A program made the translations under genes and the position numbers. DNA of 62,128 bases, the filler included. It is 12 parts of 12 records of this genome, joined end to end, with 100 filler letters (N's around TTAATTAATTAA, not from the genome) between each part and the next. Parts side by side here need not be neighbours in the genome. Positions count along the whole stretch, not along the records: positions 1 to 3,200 come from SRR7504441_4552; positions 3,301 to 6,960 come from SRR7504441_4553; positions 7,061 to 11,562 come from SRR7504441_4554; positions 11,663 to 16,488 come from SRR7504441_4556; 8 more parts are not named here. One strand, given 5' to 3'. This document shows positions 1 to 11,923 of the stretch, one piece after another (the first letter of the stretch is position 1; every line of letters begins with the position of its first letter). The notes beneath the pieces are model-generated. The model ran no database searches. It saw nothing but the letters and a program-made list of their open reading frames with translations, and had not been told where the DNA came from.

Positions 1-3000
1 CGGGAGAAGATTTGCGCTCTGGAGCGGCTGGTTCACGAACTTAAACGGGGCGTGCAGGGCAGCAGGCCGGTCTTGACACGGGAAGACGACACTGTCGAGT
101 CAGCGAGCGTGCTCAGCACCCCAGAACGAGGTTCGGCGAGTGCAGTGCAGAAGGTGGCACTGCAGGGGGAAATCAAGGCACTCGAGCGCCAGCTGTCAGA
201 CCTGACCAGCCGGTTCGGGGAGGCGTATCAACGGGAGCAGATGGTGCAGCAGTCGCAGTTCGTAAGCTACTCGCTGCTGCAGGAGGAAGTACTCGGGTTG
301 GATCAAGAGTTGACGGGGTTGGTGTCCGAGATGGAGCGAGAGGCCTGTGCACAGGATGCTTCTACTACGATGAGCAAGCAGTATGGGTGCCTGCACAGCG
401 AGATAGAACTCAAAAAGCAAGAGCTGAATGAGCTCGAATTTAAAATGTTAGACTCTCCAAAGAGCGAGCATAAGAAAGTTAAGCAGGAGATCGAGGCATT
501 AAATGCCGAGATCGAGGCGATGACAAGTGCGTACAGCCATTTGGCTCAAAAGGTGCATCATGCACACACGGACGAAAGGCTGGAACTGGAGAGAAAACTG
601 GAGCAGCGCTCCCAGCAAAAGCTTGAGCTCGAGCAACAGGTGAAGGCGCGAGCGCTCAAGCAGCTGCAATTTGTACTGGCAAGGATGACCCGAAGTGAGA
701 CGGGGGCGAGAGTGCTGGCTTGGCGGGTTGGAGTGAAAGCCAGCCAAGTGTTCACACTTGAGCAACTTTCACCACGGGGGTCCAACGGAGCAACCCGATG
801 GTCAGATGTACAATCGGAATCAGGTGCGAAGGCTTTGGCAGATGATGCCCTGCAGGAGATTGCCTCGCCCGAGACAGCCACACAGCTGAGAGCAGCAGTC
901 TTGTCGGGTGACATGCATGCAGTGGTTGGATTGTTCTTGCAAGTATGCCAGCAGCTGCAAGCTGGAGCAGAGACTGCAAGTACGCTGCAAGCTCATCCTG
1001 ACTCTCGAACTCTCGCTTCTGCTGCTGCTGCTCTTGAGAGTAACACAGCTGCCACTCAGACAGGCCAGTCAGACCAGGCAGCCCGAAGTCAGCTCGAGCC
1101 ATCCGAGTCAGAGGCCAGCTCTTGCAGTGATGGCAGCCTAGCACCAGTATCCAAGAGTGCCAAATCTTATGCAGTGAAGCAAATGCATTTCGCGAGGGCC
1201 AGAATGCTTCGCGCCAGTCTAGCCTCGAGAGTACAGGTGTGGAGGGCGGCTGCCAAGGATACTAGGGCACAGCGCGAGCAGCACATTCTTGCGACCAGCA
1301 CATTCTTGAAGGCGGCTGTCAAGGCAAGAGCGGTAGAAATAGAGGCTGAGGCAACAAGAACAGTCCGACTGCACGGGCTCAAGCAGCTGCAGTCTGCTCT
1401 TGCGAGGATAGTACGTGGAGATATTGGGCTGAGGCTGTTTGAGTGGCGAAGAAGTGCCAGAGACAGTGTACTCCTGGAGCAGAGCTGGATCTTACAGGAG
1501 CAGGACGCTGTTCTTCGCGATATGCAGAATGGGCACGATAGTGTCATCAAGGGACAGGCGGTGAAGCAGCTTGGGTTTGCGCTGGCGAGGATGGCGCGAG
1601 GTGAGCTCGCTGGGAGAGTGGTGGTGTGGCATGCGATGGCAAGAGATCAAGGGTCGGATGAGCACAAGAGCTCGCTTCGGAATCAGTTGATAGCAGAGGC
1701 TGGGCAGGCAGTCGTGCACAGGCAGAATCATGGGCTGGAAAAACTGCAGCTTGCGCTCAGGGGGAGGGCACACAGGGAGGTGCGAGTGTGGATGCTGAGC
1801 TGGAGATCGGCTGTCTTATTGGCAAAGAGCGCACTGGCCTGTGCGGAGCGAGACAACGTGCTGCGCGAGCACCATCACTCGCTGCTGGTTGTGAGCGAAC
1901 TCAAGAAGCAGCTGTTCGACCAGGCTTTGGCCGCTGAAAATCGCGAAGAGGCGCTCAAGCAACTAGCTGCAGAGAGAGAGCAGCAGGTAGCTACGGCGTC
2001 CTCACTGCAGCGGATCTCAATGGAGTTGCAGTCTCAGCTCGCAGAGCACGCTGTCGATCTTGACAACGCCACCTCACAAGCAGAGCAAGGCTGCAGTCCC
2101 CAGCAGGAGGCAGATCAGGATGAGTTTGAGTTGCTTGTGCTGAACGAAGCTGTCAACGATCTGCTTGGCCAGACCAAGAAGACACGAGCACTCAGGCAGC
2201 TGCAGTTTGTGTTGTCTCAAATGCTACACGGAGCACTTGGGGCTAGACTGATGCTGTGGAAATCTTCAATGAAGCATGACCTCTGGCAGGAGCAAACAGA
2301 ACTCGCAGACAGTCTAGGAGCAGCGACGCATCATGCCATCCTGACTCACCGGACAGCAGATATAACCAAGAATTTAGCACTGAAACAGCTCCGATTCGCC
2401 TTCGCTCACATCTTGGGTGAGATTGAGGCAAGACTAATACTGGAGTGGAGGTTTGGGGCGCAGAAGAGCGCCCTGCAGCAGGAACAGAACGCCGCGCTGT
2501 ACAGAGCCATTGCGGTTGTGGATGGATTAGAGTCTGCAGCAGCCGATTCGTCCAAGACTCAGGCGCTGAATCAGCTCAAGTTTATGCTTTTTAGGGTAGC
2601 GAACAGCGAGCTGGGGGCGAGAGTGTTGCTCTGGAGGAAGGCATCTAAGGCTCAGGCAGCTGCAGGGGAGTCTGCTAATGTTTTGCAGCTTGCAGCGGCG
2701 TCCTCAGTTTGGCTCGTCGCAGCATTTGATCTGCTGAAGATGAATTCTGCCTCTCGGCTTGTCCGAGCTCGGCAGTTGCGGTCGCAGCTGATTGAGGCAA
2801 CTGGTAGAATCAGCGAGTTGGAGGCCGAGTTGGCTGCTTTCAAGGTAGCTCCGACCAGTCTGAGGTCTGACACCAATATTGTGCGCAGGGGTATACCGAG
2901 GTGCTCGATGCCGCCGGCGGGAGCTCGTCCTCTTGGAAGGAGCAACGTAGACTGATGATGTCTGAGAATGCCAAGCTCTCGGCTAAGAACGCTTTTCTGG

Positions 3001-3038
3001 AGCGCTTCTTAGATCGAATTGTCTCTAAGCCTTCATGA
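1..3038 (+). CDS. 5'-truncated coiled-coil protein with about 8 dispersed Trp-terminated helical repeats (Sfi1/centrin-binding-like)
   Basis: Frame is open from base 1. Repeats of the type ALKQLQFVLARMxRGELGARVLLWR. A GT-AG intron at 2845-2888 leads to a last exon (GYTEVLD...LDRIVSKPS*) ending TGA at 3038. Confidence 0.7.
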
Positions 3039-3110
3039 CTAAATGCCTCATTCGAACTAGCTTGCACCACACCAACGATTGAATAGACACGCTTGAACAC
3101 TATAGATAAA

Positions 3111-3152
3111 TAGACTTGCACTAGACTTGCACTAGACTTGCACTATTTGCAC
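3111..3152. repeat. Short tandem repeat (TAGACTTGCAC)x3 plus a degenerate copy
   Basis: Directly visible in the AT-rich 3' region. Confidence 0.85.
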
Positions 3153-3200
3153 GCTTAATTAATATATAAGTACATTTATTACGTAGAAAGTCGGGGCCCT

Positions 3201-3300
3201 NNNNNNNNNNNNNNNNNNNNNNNNNNNNNNNNNNNNNNNNNNNNTTAATTAATTAANNNNNNNNNNNNNNNNNNNNNNNNNNNNNNNNNNNNNNNNNNNN
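3201..3300. other. Artificial contig-joining spacer (N44-TTAATTAATTAA-N44, stops in all six frames)
   Basis: Identical spacers at 3201-3300, 6961-7060, 11563-11662, 16489-16588, 19638-19737, 25144-25243, 37600-37699, 41766-41865, 45163-45262, 53826-53925 and 57973-58072. Confidence 0.98.
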
Positions 3301-6300
3301 AAGGGATGAGGCGGGCAGCTGGTACTGTGGGCAGCTGGTTCCGCGGGACGGCCAACGACAACCGGACCGCCGCCGCCTGGGGGGAGGACCCGCAGCAAGC
3401 TGAGGTGAGCAGACCACCGCGTGCGCAGGCCAGCAATCCAGCTCAGAGCCCGCCAGCGGCTGCAGACAGCGGCCCGAGCACTGCAGACGCGCGCGTCGGG
3501 TCGCCGGCACAGGCCGAGGGCGAGCAGAGGCCAGCGGCCCAGTGGGGGGATGAGGCGTCGCTCAGCGGCATGTCGTACGTCGCGCTGAAGAAGTGGCTGG
3601 TCGAGCACGGGTGCAGCAAGCAGGAGGTGGACAGCTGCCCGGGCAAGCCCAGCCTGCTGCTGCTCTGGCGAAAGAAGCAGCCGGCCGCCCAGCCGCAGAG
3701 CAGCACTCATATGGAGCTGCAGGCCGCGCTAGCGGAGCGGGAGGCGGAGTTGGGGCGGCTGAGGGCCGAGCTAGCGGCACAGCAGGAGCAGGCCCGGATG
3801 GCGCTGCAGGCGGCCCTAGCTGAGCACGAGGCGGAGGCAGCGGGCCGGCGGCAGGAGCTGGCCAAGCTAAAGGCTGAGCTGGCGGCCCAACAGGAGCAGT
3901 CCAGGCTGGAGCTGCGGACGGCCCTGGCAGAGCGGGACCGGGATGTGCGGGTGAAGCTGCGGGTGCAGGACGCGCTGATAGAGCAGCTCGAGCAGGCCGA
4001 GAAGGACAGGGGCGAGCTGGAGGAGCTCAGGTCGCGAGGTAACACTCCGTTTGGAAGCCCGCGCGACAACCAGACGGACGACCAGCCCAGCAGCCCCAGG
4101 TGGCTTCCGGTGGGTGCCCGGGCTGACTGGGGTGCCAGCTCTTCGCTCGGGGTGTCAGCAGACTCTGCCAAGCAGGTCGCCAACCGCACGGGCTCAGCTG
4201 AGCTCGGGGGCAGGCCCAGATGGACAACGAGCTGGCCCAACTGCGCGCTTCTCTGGTGGAGCAGGCCCAGCTGCACGCCAATCTGGCCCGGGAGCACGAG
4301 AAGAAGGAGCGGCGCGAGCTGTCTCTCCAGTCTGAGCTGGCCGGGACCCAGGCTGTGCTCCAGATGGAGTCAGAACTGGTAGAGAAGCTCCAGAAAGAGC
4401 TCGAGAGCGCTAGGTCGGCCGCGCTCAACTACGATTTGATGCTGAGCAAGCTGCGGCACCAGCTGGAGGCCGCCAACAGCAAACTGGAGGAGCAGACCAC
4501 CGCTGGAGCCGAGCGGCTGCCCGGTGCAATGGAGGGGCCCGTAGAGAAGCTTTTCGGGCTGATTGATACGGACGGGGACGGAGCAATTCGGCTGCCAGAG
4601 CTGTTGGCAGTCCACCAGGGCGACGGGGACCGGCTGTTCCGGACGATTGATGCCGCTGGGGAGGGGCAAGTGAGTCTTTCTGGGTTTCGGCAGTTTTTCC
4701 TCAAGTTGGTCCATTCCAAGGGCTCACGGGCGGCCGAGTTGCTGGTCAAGTACCTCATGCTCAACGCACACGCAAATCTGCACGAGCAGGACCCGATTCA
4801 GTTCCCGGTGTGCCAGCTGCTGCTGCAGGACCTGGCCTCGCCAGCCCCAAGCCCCGAGAAGGACCAGCCGCAGCACGAGCTCAATGCAACCCAGCTGCAC
4901 CGGGCCAAGGAGCTGTACCATTCGATAGACGGGGATGCAGTAGGGGTGGTCAAGAAGCAGCAGGTGATTGCGGTGTGGGGCGGGCCGTCTGCCATACTGT
5001 TCGACGAGCTGGACACCAACAGGGATGGCGAGCTTACACTGGACGAGTGGACCTCATTCTTCCGCAGGCTCCTCCGCAAGCAAGGCCCGAATGTAGTCGA
5101 GTTTGCTCTTCGGTCGTTTGAACGGGCTCTTGCGGCCCAGCGGGCGCTGTCTGGCAATCTGGACGCGGTGCTCACCCCACGAAAGCAGGCAGTGCTGAAT
5201 CAGCACGAGGACCTAAACCTGCTCGACTGGGCTTCAGAGATGAGGCTGGAGGATGACTCTCTGGTGCGATCGAGCTCCCCGCCCACACCAGGCGGCTGGT
5301 TCCGAGGCAGCACTCCAACCAGCCTGAGGCCACGTGTGAGCGATCTGCAAGAGGAGCTGCGCAAGCAACGGGAAGAGTTTATTCATCTCGAGGATACGTG
5401 CCACGAGCTGGAGGCCCAGCTGAACGATGCGGCCGAAGTGGCAGTGGTGTGGCAGAACAATAAGGTGTCAGCACTGCAGGATGATTTGGATCAGGCCAAT
5501 GGAGCCATTTTCTCGTTGGAGGGCGAAGTCAAGCTTGCCACGTCCAGGCTGAAGTCGTTGCAGGACGACGTGGGAGGCAATCCTGTCGAGGTGCAGGTGG
5601 CAGCTGTGCAGGAGCACTACCGAGTACAGCTGACCGAGCTCAAAGCTAGATTCGACGATCAAGAGCAAGTGGAGGCCAAGCTCAGGGCAGCCATGGCTGA
5701 CCTTAAACAGAAGTATGATCAGGAGCTGGCCAAGCCCAAGCAAGCCGAGGGCACGATCAGCCGGGCTGATATCGAGCAAGCGTTGCAGGAGCAGGAAGAG
5801 AGGATTGCTAAGCTGGAGGGTCAGCATCAGATCGAGATGGAGTCTGTTCAGAAAGCTATGCTCGACGAGCAGGCTCAACAAATGCAGAGTGCTGTGGAAC
5901 AGCACCAGAAGCAGCTAGCCGAGAATGAAGCTGAGCAATCCCGGAGAGCCACCGAAGACTTGGAAGCGCTGCGGAGCTACTATGACGAGCAACTTGAGCT
6001 CAAGGCCGAGCAGGTGGTGCAGCAGGAGCAGATCTGTGAGCTGCAGCAGCAAGAGATGGATCGGCTGCGATCTGCACAAGAGGAGGCCGAGCAGAAGCTG
6101 ACTGGGGTCAAGGAAAAGATGCAACTAGCACTCGAGGAGCAAGCACAGCAGATAGATGCACTCCAGCAAGCTCAAAATGAGGGCCCGGTTCCAGCCCAGC
6201 AGCGCGAGACCAGCTCAGCAGTGAGCGAGCCGTCGGGCCCCGAGCTTTACAAGCAGTATGCTCAAGCAGCAGCGGCTGGTGGCAGAGCAGTGAGCCCGCC

Positions 6301-6960
6301 CAGCAGTGACGACGACGAGCCTCCAGAGACGCCATCTGATCCGGAGGTTCTGATTGACCAACTGGTGCAGTGCAAGTGTGTAAGCAGCAACAGCACAGCT
6401 GGTGTACTGGCGCTGCAGCTGAAGCAACGATACCTCGAGCAGAGGTCTCAATTGCAAGCCGCTGCCGCCGAGGCCCAAGAGCGTGTTGCGACACTCGAGA
6501 ATACAATACGACAGTCTGCTCAAGCTCAGGAAGCATCCCAGCAGAAGCTGCAGCAATCTATTGGAGAACATGGCGCCATGCTTACAGCGCGGGAAGAGGA
6601 GTTGGAGGAGTTGCTGGGAGCTTTATCTGATGCGAGTGAACAAAGGCTACAAGCAGAGCAGGAGCAGCAGGCCCAGCAAGAGGAGCTTCAGAGCGTGAGC
6701 AAAGAGTTGCATGAGGTGGAGGGCCAACTCTCGGCGGTAAAAGCTGAGAGAGACCAGTTGAATCAAAAGCTGGACTTGGAGCAGCAAGAACTCGAAGAGG
6801 CAAGGCAGCTGGTTAAGGAGCAATCGACTGAGTTGGCACAATGGAGTGAGACCTTGGACAGATCAACTGCAGAGAACAACAAGCTACAGGATGAGCTTGC
6901 GGGACTCCGACAGGCAAATGACTCATATGAGAAGCAAGATGCAATGCAAGCGCATCACGA
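3301..6960 (+). CDS. Large coiled-coil protein with two EF-hand pairs (3'-truncated, possibly 5'-truncated)
   Basis: ORFs 3306 and 4220 are joined in frame by GT-AG intron 4176-4213. EF loops DTDGDGAIRLPE, DAAGEGQVSLSG and DTNRDGELTLDE. Long E/Q/L heptad regions and a short SAP-like helical motif (LSGMSYVALKKWLVEHG). Confidence 0.8.
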
Positions 6961-7232
6961 NNNNNNNNNNNNNNNNNNNNNNNNNNNNNNNNNNNNNNNN
7001 NNNNTTAATTAATTAANNNNNNNNNNNNNNNNNNNNNNNNNNNNNNNNNNNNNNNNNNNNAAGGTCGGTAACTGAAAGTGAGCGCTCCGCAATTTAAGTT
7101 CAATCATAATGATACCGGCTTGCTGACAGGGCCAGAATTGAACAATCTAATATCAACTAATTGGGGTTCACCAGCTTAATGTACAATGGTTTTATGAAAT
7201 CATGAATCGTTGAATGTAAGCTTACAGGCCGC

Positions 7233-8165
7233 TCATGTGGGATCGTCATTGTCTACAGGTAGAGTGGCTGAGTGGTCCAACTGCACATGCCGCGCGTCTT
7301 GGGGGGCGGTTCCTGTGCTATCAGTGCGGCAACGCAGGAAGACTAGCAGGTTGGTGCACGGCCGTTCGCAGCTCGGCCGCCGGGTGAGGTGCAGCCGCTC
7401 ATGCGTGGTCACATCCAGCACAGCCCCGAGCAGCACGGCCCCGCTAGCGCAGTAAAGCCCCGGCAGCAGCAGCCCGAGCAGCAACACCGCCAGCACGAGC
7501 CCCGGATACACAGCCCAGCCCGCGCTCAGGTAGCTGGGTGAGAGGAAGAACGCCTCCTGGGCACCCGGGGCGGCCCGTCGGAGCGCGGCACTGAGCTGGA
7601 TGAGCATCACCTGGGCGTACGCCACCAGCGCCAGCAGCATCAGCAGGAACTCAGCTTCGTTCCCCGCCCCGACTGCCGTGTTCACCCAGACGCAGAAGTG
7701 GTCATACTTGGCCACGCACCGGCCGAGCTGGTCGCAGTGGGCCGCCCTGGCCGGCTGGACCAACTGGCACTTTGGGCAGGTCCGCAGCTCGGAGTTGGTC
7801 AGCTGGGCCGTCTCGGGCTGCTCCGGCTCGATCAGGCCCGGATCCCGGCTGACCGCGGTGGCCAGCCCCGAGCATACCGGCCCCAGCAGCAGCAGCAGCC
7901 CCGCGGGCGCCGGGCCGGCCACCCAGTTGTGCAGCAGGCCATACCCGAGCACCGCCAGCCAGACCACCGCCGGCCCGAACGGGGTAGGCCCCCGTCCGAG
8001 CCAGTGGCGACCGGCCGGCGCCGCACCATACCCAGCCACCAGCCCGACCAGCCAGCTGGCGCCAGCCGCGGGCAGCGGGCCGAGCAGGCCGGCTCCAAGC
8101 CCGGTGACCAGCACCCCGCCCGCCACCCCGGCGTGCAGTGCCGCCTGGAGCCAGCACTCAGACAT
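7233..8165 (-). CDS. DHHC-family protein S-acyltransferase (DHFC variant)
   Basis: CPKCQLVQPARAAHC...CVAKYDHFCVWVNTAVGAGN, flanking TM helices and a TTxE motif (TTHE). Confidence 0.9.
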   Translation of the reverse strand: MSECWLQAALHAGVAGGVLVTGLGAGLLGPLPAAGASWLVGLVAGYGAAPAGRHWLGRGPTPFGPAVVWLAVLGYGLLHNWVAGPAPAGLLLLLGPVCSGLATAVSRDPGLIEPEQPETAQLTNSELRTCPKCQLVQPARAAHCDQLGRCVAKYDHFCVWVNTAVGAGNEAEFLLMLLALVAYAQVMLIQLSAALRRAAPGAQEAFFLSPSYLSAGWAVYPGLVLAVLLLGLLLPGLYCASGAVLLGAVLDVTTHERLHLTRRPSCERPCTNLLVFLRCRTDSTGTAPQDARHVQLDHSATLPVDNDDPT

Positions 8166-8332
8166 GCAAATCTACCAGCCCGCGCAGCACTTGCGACGGC
8201 CCAACGGCCCGTCCAGCGCACGCGGCCGGGTCCGTTAGTTCAAAACGCACCCCGCGCAGCACGGCGGCTCCCTGAATGTGTGAAGGTGCCGAGCTGCGAT
8301 GCGACTGGGGACTGAGGCTGCAGCCGGCAGGA

Positions 8333-9468
8333 ATGAGCCCGAGCGCGACGTCGAGCCCGGCGTCCACGTCCAACGAGGACACTCCGGGCGGCTACGAGCC
8401 GGAGCTCGAGGTGAATTACTACGAGCTGCTGGGTGTCGACAAACAGGCCACCGAATCTGAGATCCGCAAGGCGACTGGGCCCGGACCCGGTGCGGGCTGA
8501 GCTAGTGTGCGTCCAGGCGTACTTCGACCAGGCGATCAAGTTCCACCCGGACAAAAACTTCGGGCTGGCGCCGGAGCAGCTTGAAAAAAAGCAGGAGGAT
8601 TTCCAGAATGTGCGCCCTTCCGCCCGGGATCTGAGCTCAGCCGTGCGGCAGCTCAAGGAGGCCCAGGAGACACTGTGCAATGCGGTCAGCCGGGCGTGCT
8701 ACGACATCGACATCAGCACCGAGGAGGTCACCGCCGAGCAGGTGCGTGGACCGCGCCATCGAGGCGCATACTCAGCGGGTGGTGCAGTATTCGAAGGTGG
8801 CGCTGCTGAAGCAAGAGCAGGCTGTCACAATGATGCCGCTGCTTGAGTCGCGGTTTGTGGTGGTGCGCGACAGCGAGCTGGCCAGAGACGGTCCACTACT
8901 GCCCTCGCGGCCACTCACTGCTGACCAGGTGGCGGCCTGGTGATCATTTCGGCGCTCTATGGGAACTTTGAACGACCGGATGCATTCATTGATGTGACGA
9001 TGCAGATGCAGGTGGCTGCCCGCCTGAATGATGGCCCAGTCGCGGCGGCAGGTGATGGTGGAGGACTCCAAGCTCATCCTGCACCAAGAGTCAAACTATT
9101 GCTGGCTGGACGGGTTCTGGGACCCGTCCCACTGCGACGATAAGGTGCTCCGGCTGCGGTACTTGTTCCTGCAGGAGATACACGAGTGCGAGTTCGATGA
9201 CGGGTGCCTCGGGCTACTCGTCAGTGCTCTGAGACTGGGTGCAGCGCGGCCATCTTTGCGCCTCTGCCGTCCCACTCCGTCAAGGCCAAGAAAGCCGAGC
9301 AGAACCGGCGCAACAGGTGGCGCGTGCAGCCAGTCCATGCAAGTTGATAGCACTGGCAGGTGGATTGCTGCGGGAGCTCTTACGTTAATTCCGATTGTAG
9401 CTGGGGTGATTTACATGGCCCGCAATCGTGGCAAGAAGCTACCGACCAGCAAACTTCCAAAGCCATGA
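8333..9468 (+). CDS. J-domain protein with DNAJC11-type C-terminal domain (DUF3395-like) and C-terminal TM tail; 7 short introns
   Basis: NYYELLGV...EIRK|AYFDQAIKFHPDK after removing GC-AG intron 8471-8516. Later exons give GLVIISALYG..IDVTMQMQVMVEDSKL..GFWDP..KVLRLRYLF..HECEFDD..PSH, then WIAAGALTLIPIVAGVIYM. Confidence 0.8.
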
Positions 9469-9977
9469 TGCTCGAGCTGGACGAGATCGTGCAAATGGAA
9501 TGGCTCCGCCATCTTAATTATTAAATAGAATTCGATTCACATTTCAAGTTTATTCACGAGGTCAGACAATTCATGTTACAATATTAATTATTAATTAAAT
9601 ACTCGTACTCGTATGTATACAATCACGTGCCACTCGTCAGTACTTGTACAATCATGATTGTACCAGTTGCTGTACAATGTCATAATTCAGACGTACGAGT
9701 ATCATCGACATTGTGAGCACCAGCTACTTGTAATTACTTGCTATAATTATTCAATAAATCGTCATAATTATTGTCACGGATGCTAAACTTCTTGAAACAA
9801 CATGGCATTCAGGCATTGTGCTGAGCTCACACAGATGCGCACGTTCCAAAATACTAGAGTGCGTTAAGAGTGCGTTCCCGACCCTGCCGCGCACTGCAAT
9901 TTGGTGGTCGTCACTTCCGCTTATCTCGTCTCCGCGTTCGTGGTGGGGCAGCCTGCCAAGGGTCGCTCTCACGCCAA

Positions 9978-11413
9978 TCAATTAAGAAGTGAAAGGTACC
10001 CGTGACACGGTGAATGCATCATTCGCGAGCGGGGGCATTGCGGGGGGCAACAGCATCTCGCCATCTGCAGGCTTACTCGCCGCTGCCTCGGGCTGGGCAT
10101 TAGTGGTCTTGGGTCTGAGCACCCGCTTGGTCGATCTGACCCCAAATCACTCGCTCTTTCGCTCACGCCGCACCTCGGTGGCGCGCTCCGCTTGACAGCG
10201 CGAGACCGGCTGACGATCATGATTGGCCCCTCAGGCTCCTCTGCTGCGGCCTCCGGCTCTGCGGTTGCACCTTCTGTAAGGATGCGCCTGGCAGGGCGAA
10301 TACCTGGCTCCTCCGGATGCTCGGCCGGTGGCTCATCTGTCGGTTCGCACACTGGTGGCGCCTCGATCGGCAGCGGTGGATTCCGCCAGGCCTTAATACT
10401 GATCAATTCCAGCCGCACTCAGCCAGCACCTCTCGCTGTTCGGCTGCGAGCTCACCAACGCAGCTGGGCTCCTCCGGCAGGCAAGCGCCTTCATCAATCT
10501 GCGGCCCGGTCAATCAGTGGCGATGGCTGGACAGGCACCGCCCGCTGCCGCTGCTCGCGGACCGCTCCAGCCGCAGCCACCAGCAGATTGAATGCGTTCT
10601 GCAATCGGATCAGCGAGCGTGAGTCAGCGAGCCGGCACCAGCTCCATCGCCTCGACCTCGGTCTTGAGCTTCTCGGCCATCACCGTGCTCAGCCGGGCGT
10701 CGGCGTGCAGCTCCCTGCTCCGGCCGGCCTTGAGGTTGAATGAATCTGCCAGCATGCTCGCTTGCTCGAGATCCGTCGAGAGCGCACGCAGCTTATCCTG
10801 CCCGTCCTGCAGCAGCTTGGTCGCCGCCTGCCCGCCGTCAGCCCACCCCGCCTGGGCCGCACCTCCACGGCGGCCTTGGCTCTGCGGCAGCGGTCATTCG
10901 CCCGGCCTGCTTCCAGCGCGCACTGCACGCCCTTGGTCTCGTCGTTGTTGGCGATGATCAGCTCAGAGGCCAGCTTCCGCACCTGTCATCCATAGTTTAA
11001 GACCAGCCCCGGTCCAGGGGGCGCCTGGGCGGCCGCCTGGGCCTCGCACTCGGCCTCAAGCTTTCGCTCCAGGCTCTCCTTCTCGATCTCCTCGGTCGTC
11101 CGCACCGCCTGCTGCAGCTCCGCCACCTACCTCACCGCATCACGGGGGTTTCTCGCCCCGGTGGTGGCACCCGCTGTTTGGCCTGGTCTAGCGCATCTTC
11201 CACGCGGGTCTGCTCGGCCTCGGCGGCGACCATCCGGCCCGACTCCTCCGACAGCACTTGATCGGCCCGCTTGAGCGCCTCAAACAACTCGGCCCACTCG
11301 GCCCGACGCTCGGTAATGCCCGACTCCAGCTCGGTCAGCCGTGCCTCCTCCGGCCCCGGGAGCTCCAGCTCCTCCGACGGCCGAGCCGACGGCATCGGAG
11401 AGGGCTCCGTCAT
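9978..11413 (-). CDS. Hypothetical coiled-coil protein with Pro/Glu-rich tail, several short introns
   Basis: Minus-strand ORF pieces (11132-11413, 10689-10982, 9978-10418) can be linked by 35-55 nt GT/GC-AG introns. The exact 3' end is uncertain. Confidence 0.6.
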
Positions 11414-11458
11414 TTTGTATCGAACTCAACTTTTGGTGATGATATTGTAACGGACACA

Positions 11459-11562
11459 ATGAAGGGTTTGGTGTGTGTTGTCCTGGTCTTGTGCGGGCCT
11501 GCTCTTGTTGCGGGCCACGGCGCGATAGTCAGCCCGCGGAGCCGCAACTCGGTAGACTTTCT
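11459..11562 (+). CDS. 5' fragment of a secreted lytic polysaccharide monooxygenase-like (histidine-brace) protein
   Basis: Signal peptide MKGLVCVVLVLCGPALVAG is followed immediately by HGAIVSPRSRNSVDF, the HG-x3-P-x-SRN start typical of LPMOs. Cut by the contig end. Confidence 0.65.
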
Positions 11563-11662
11563 NNNNNNNNNNNNNNNNNNNNNNNNNNNNNNNNNNNNNN
11601 NNNNNNTTAATTAATTAANNNNNNNNNNNNNNNNNNNNNNNNNNNNNNNNNNNNNNNNNNNN

Positions 11663-11923
11663 CCCACACTCAAATTTCCGGTCACAAAGAGGTTGCGGGC
11701 CACCCCAGTTCCATTGAAAAACATCCCTGCACCGATTCGGCCTGCATCTAATCACTGGGCGCACCTATTTGAGCAGAGGAGTGGACAGTCGTAACCCCGG
11801 TGGGCGATCGCGTCATCCTACACGACAAGCGGGCAGTGCTGAGCCGCCCGGCACCCCCCGGTCGCGTCACCATCCGACAGTGCGAGCAGCGAGTATTAGC
11901 ACGACCCCCAAGCCGCGGAGCAT
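11663..11923 (-). CDS. 5' fragment of a putative secreted protein (two short introns)
   Basis: MLRGLGVVLILAARTVGW|MTRSPTGVTTVHSSAQI|GMFFNGTGVARNLFVTGNLSV, reconstructed with two GT-AG introns. Runs into the contig end. Confidence 0.4.
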
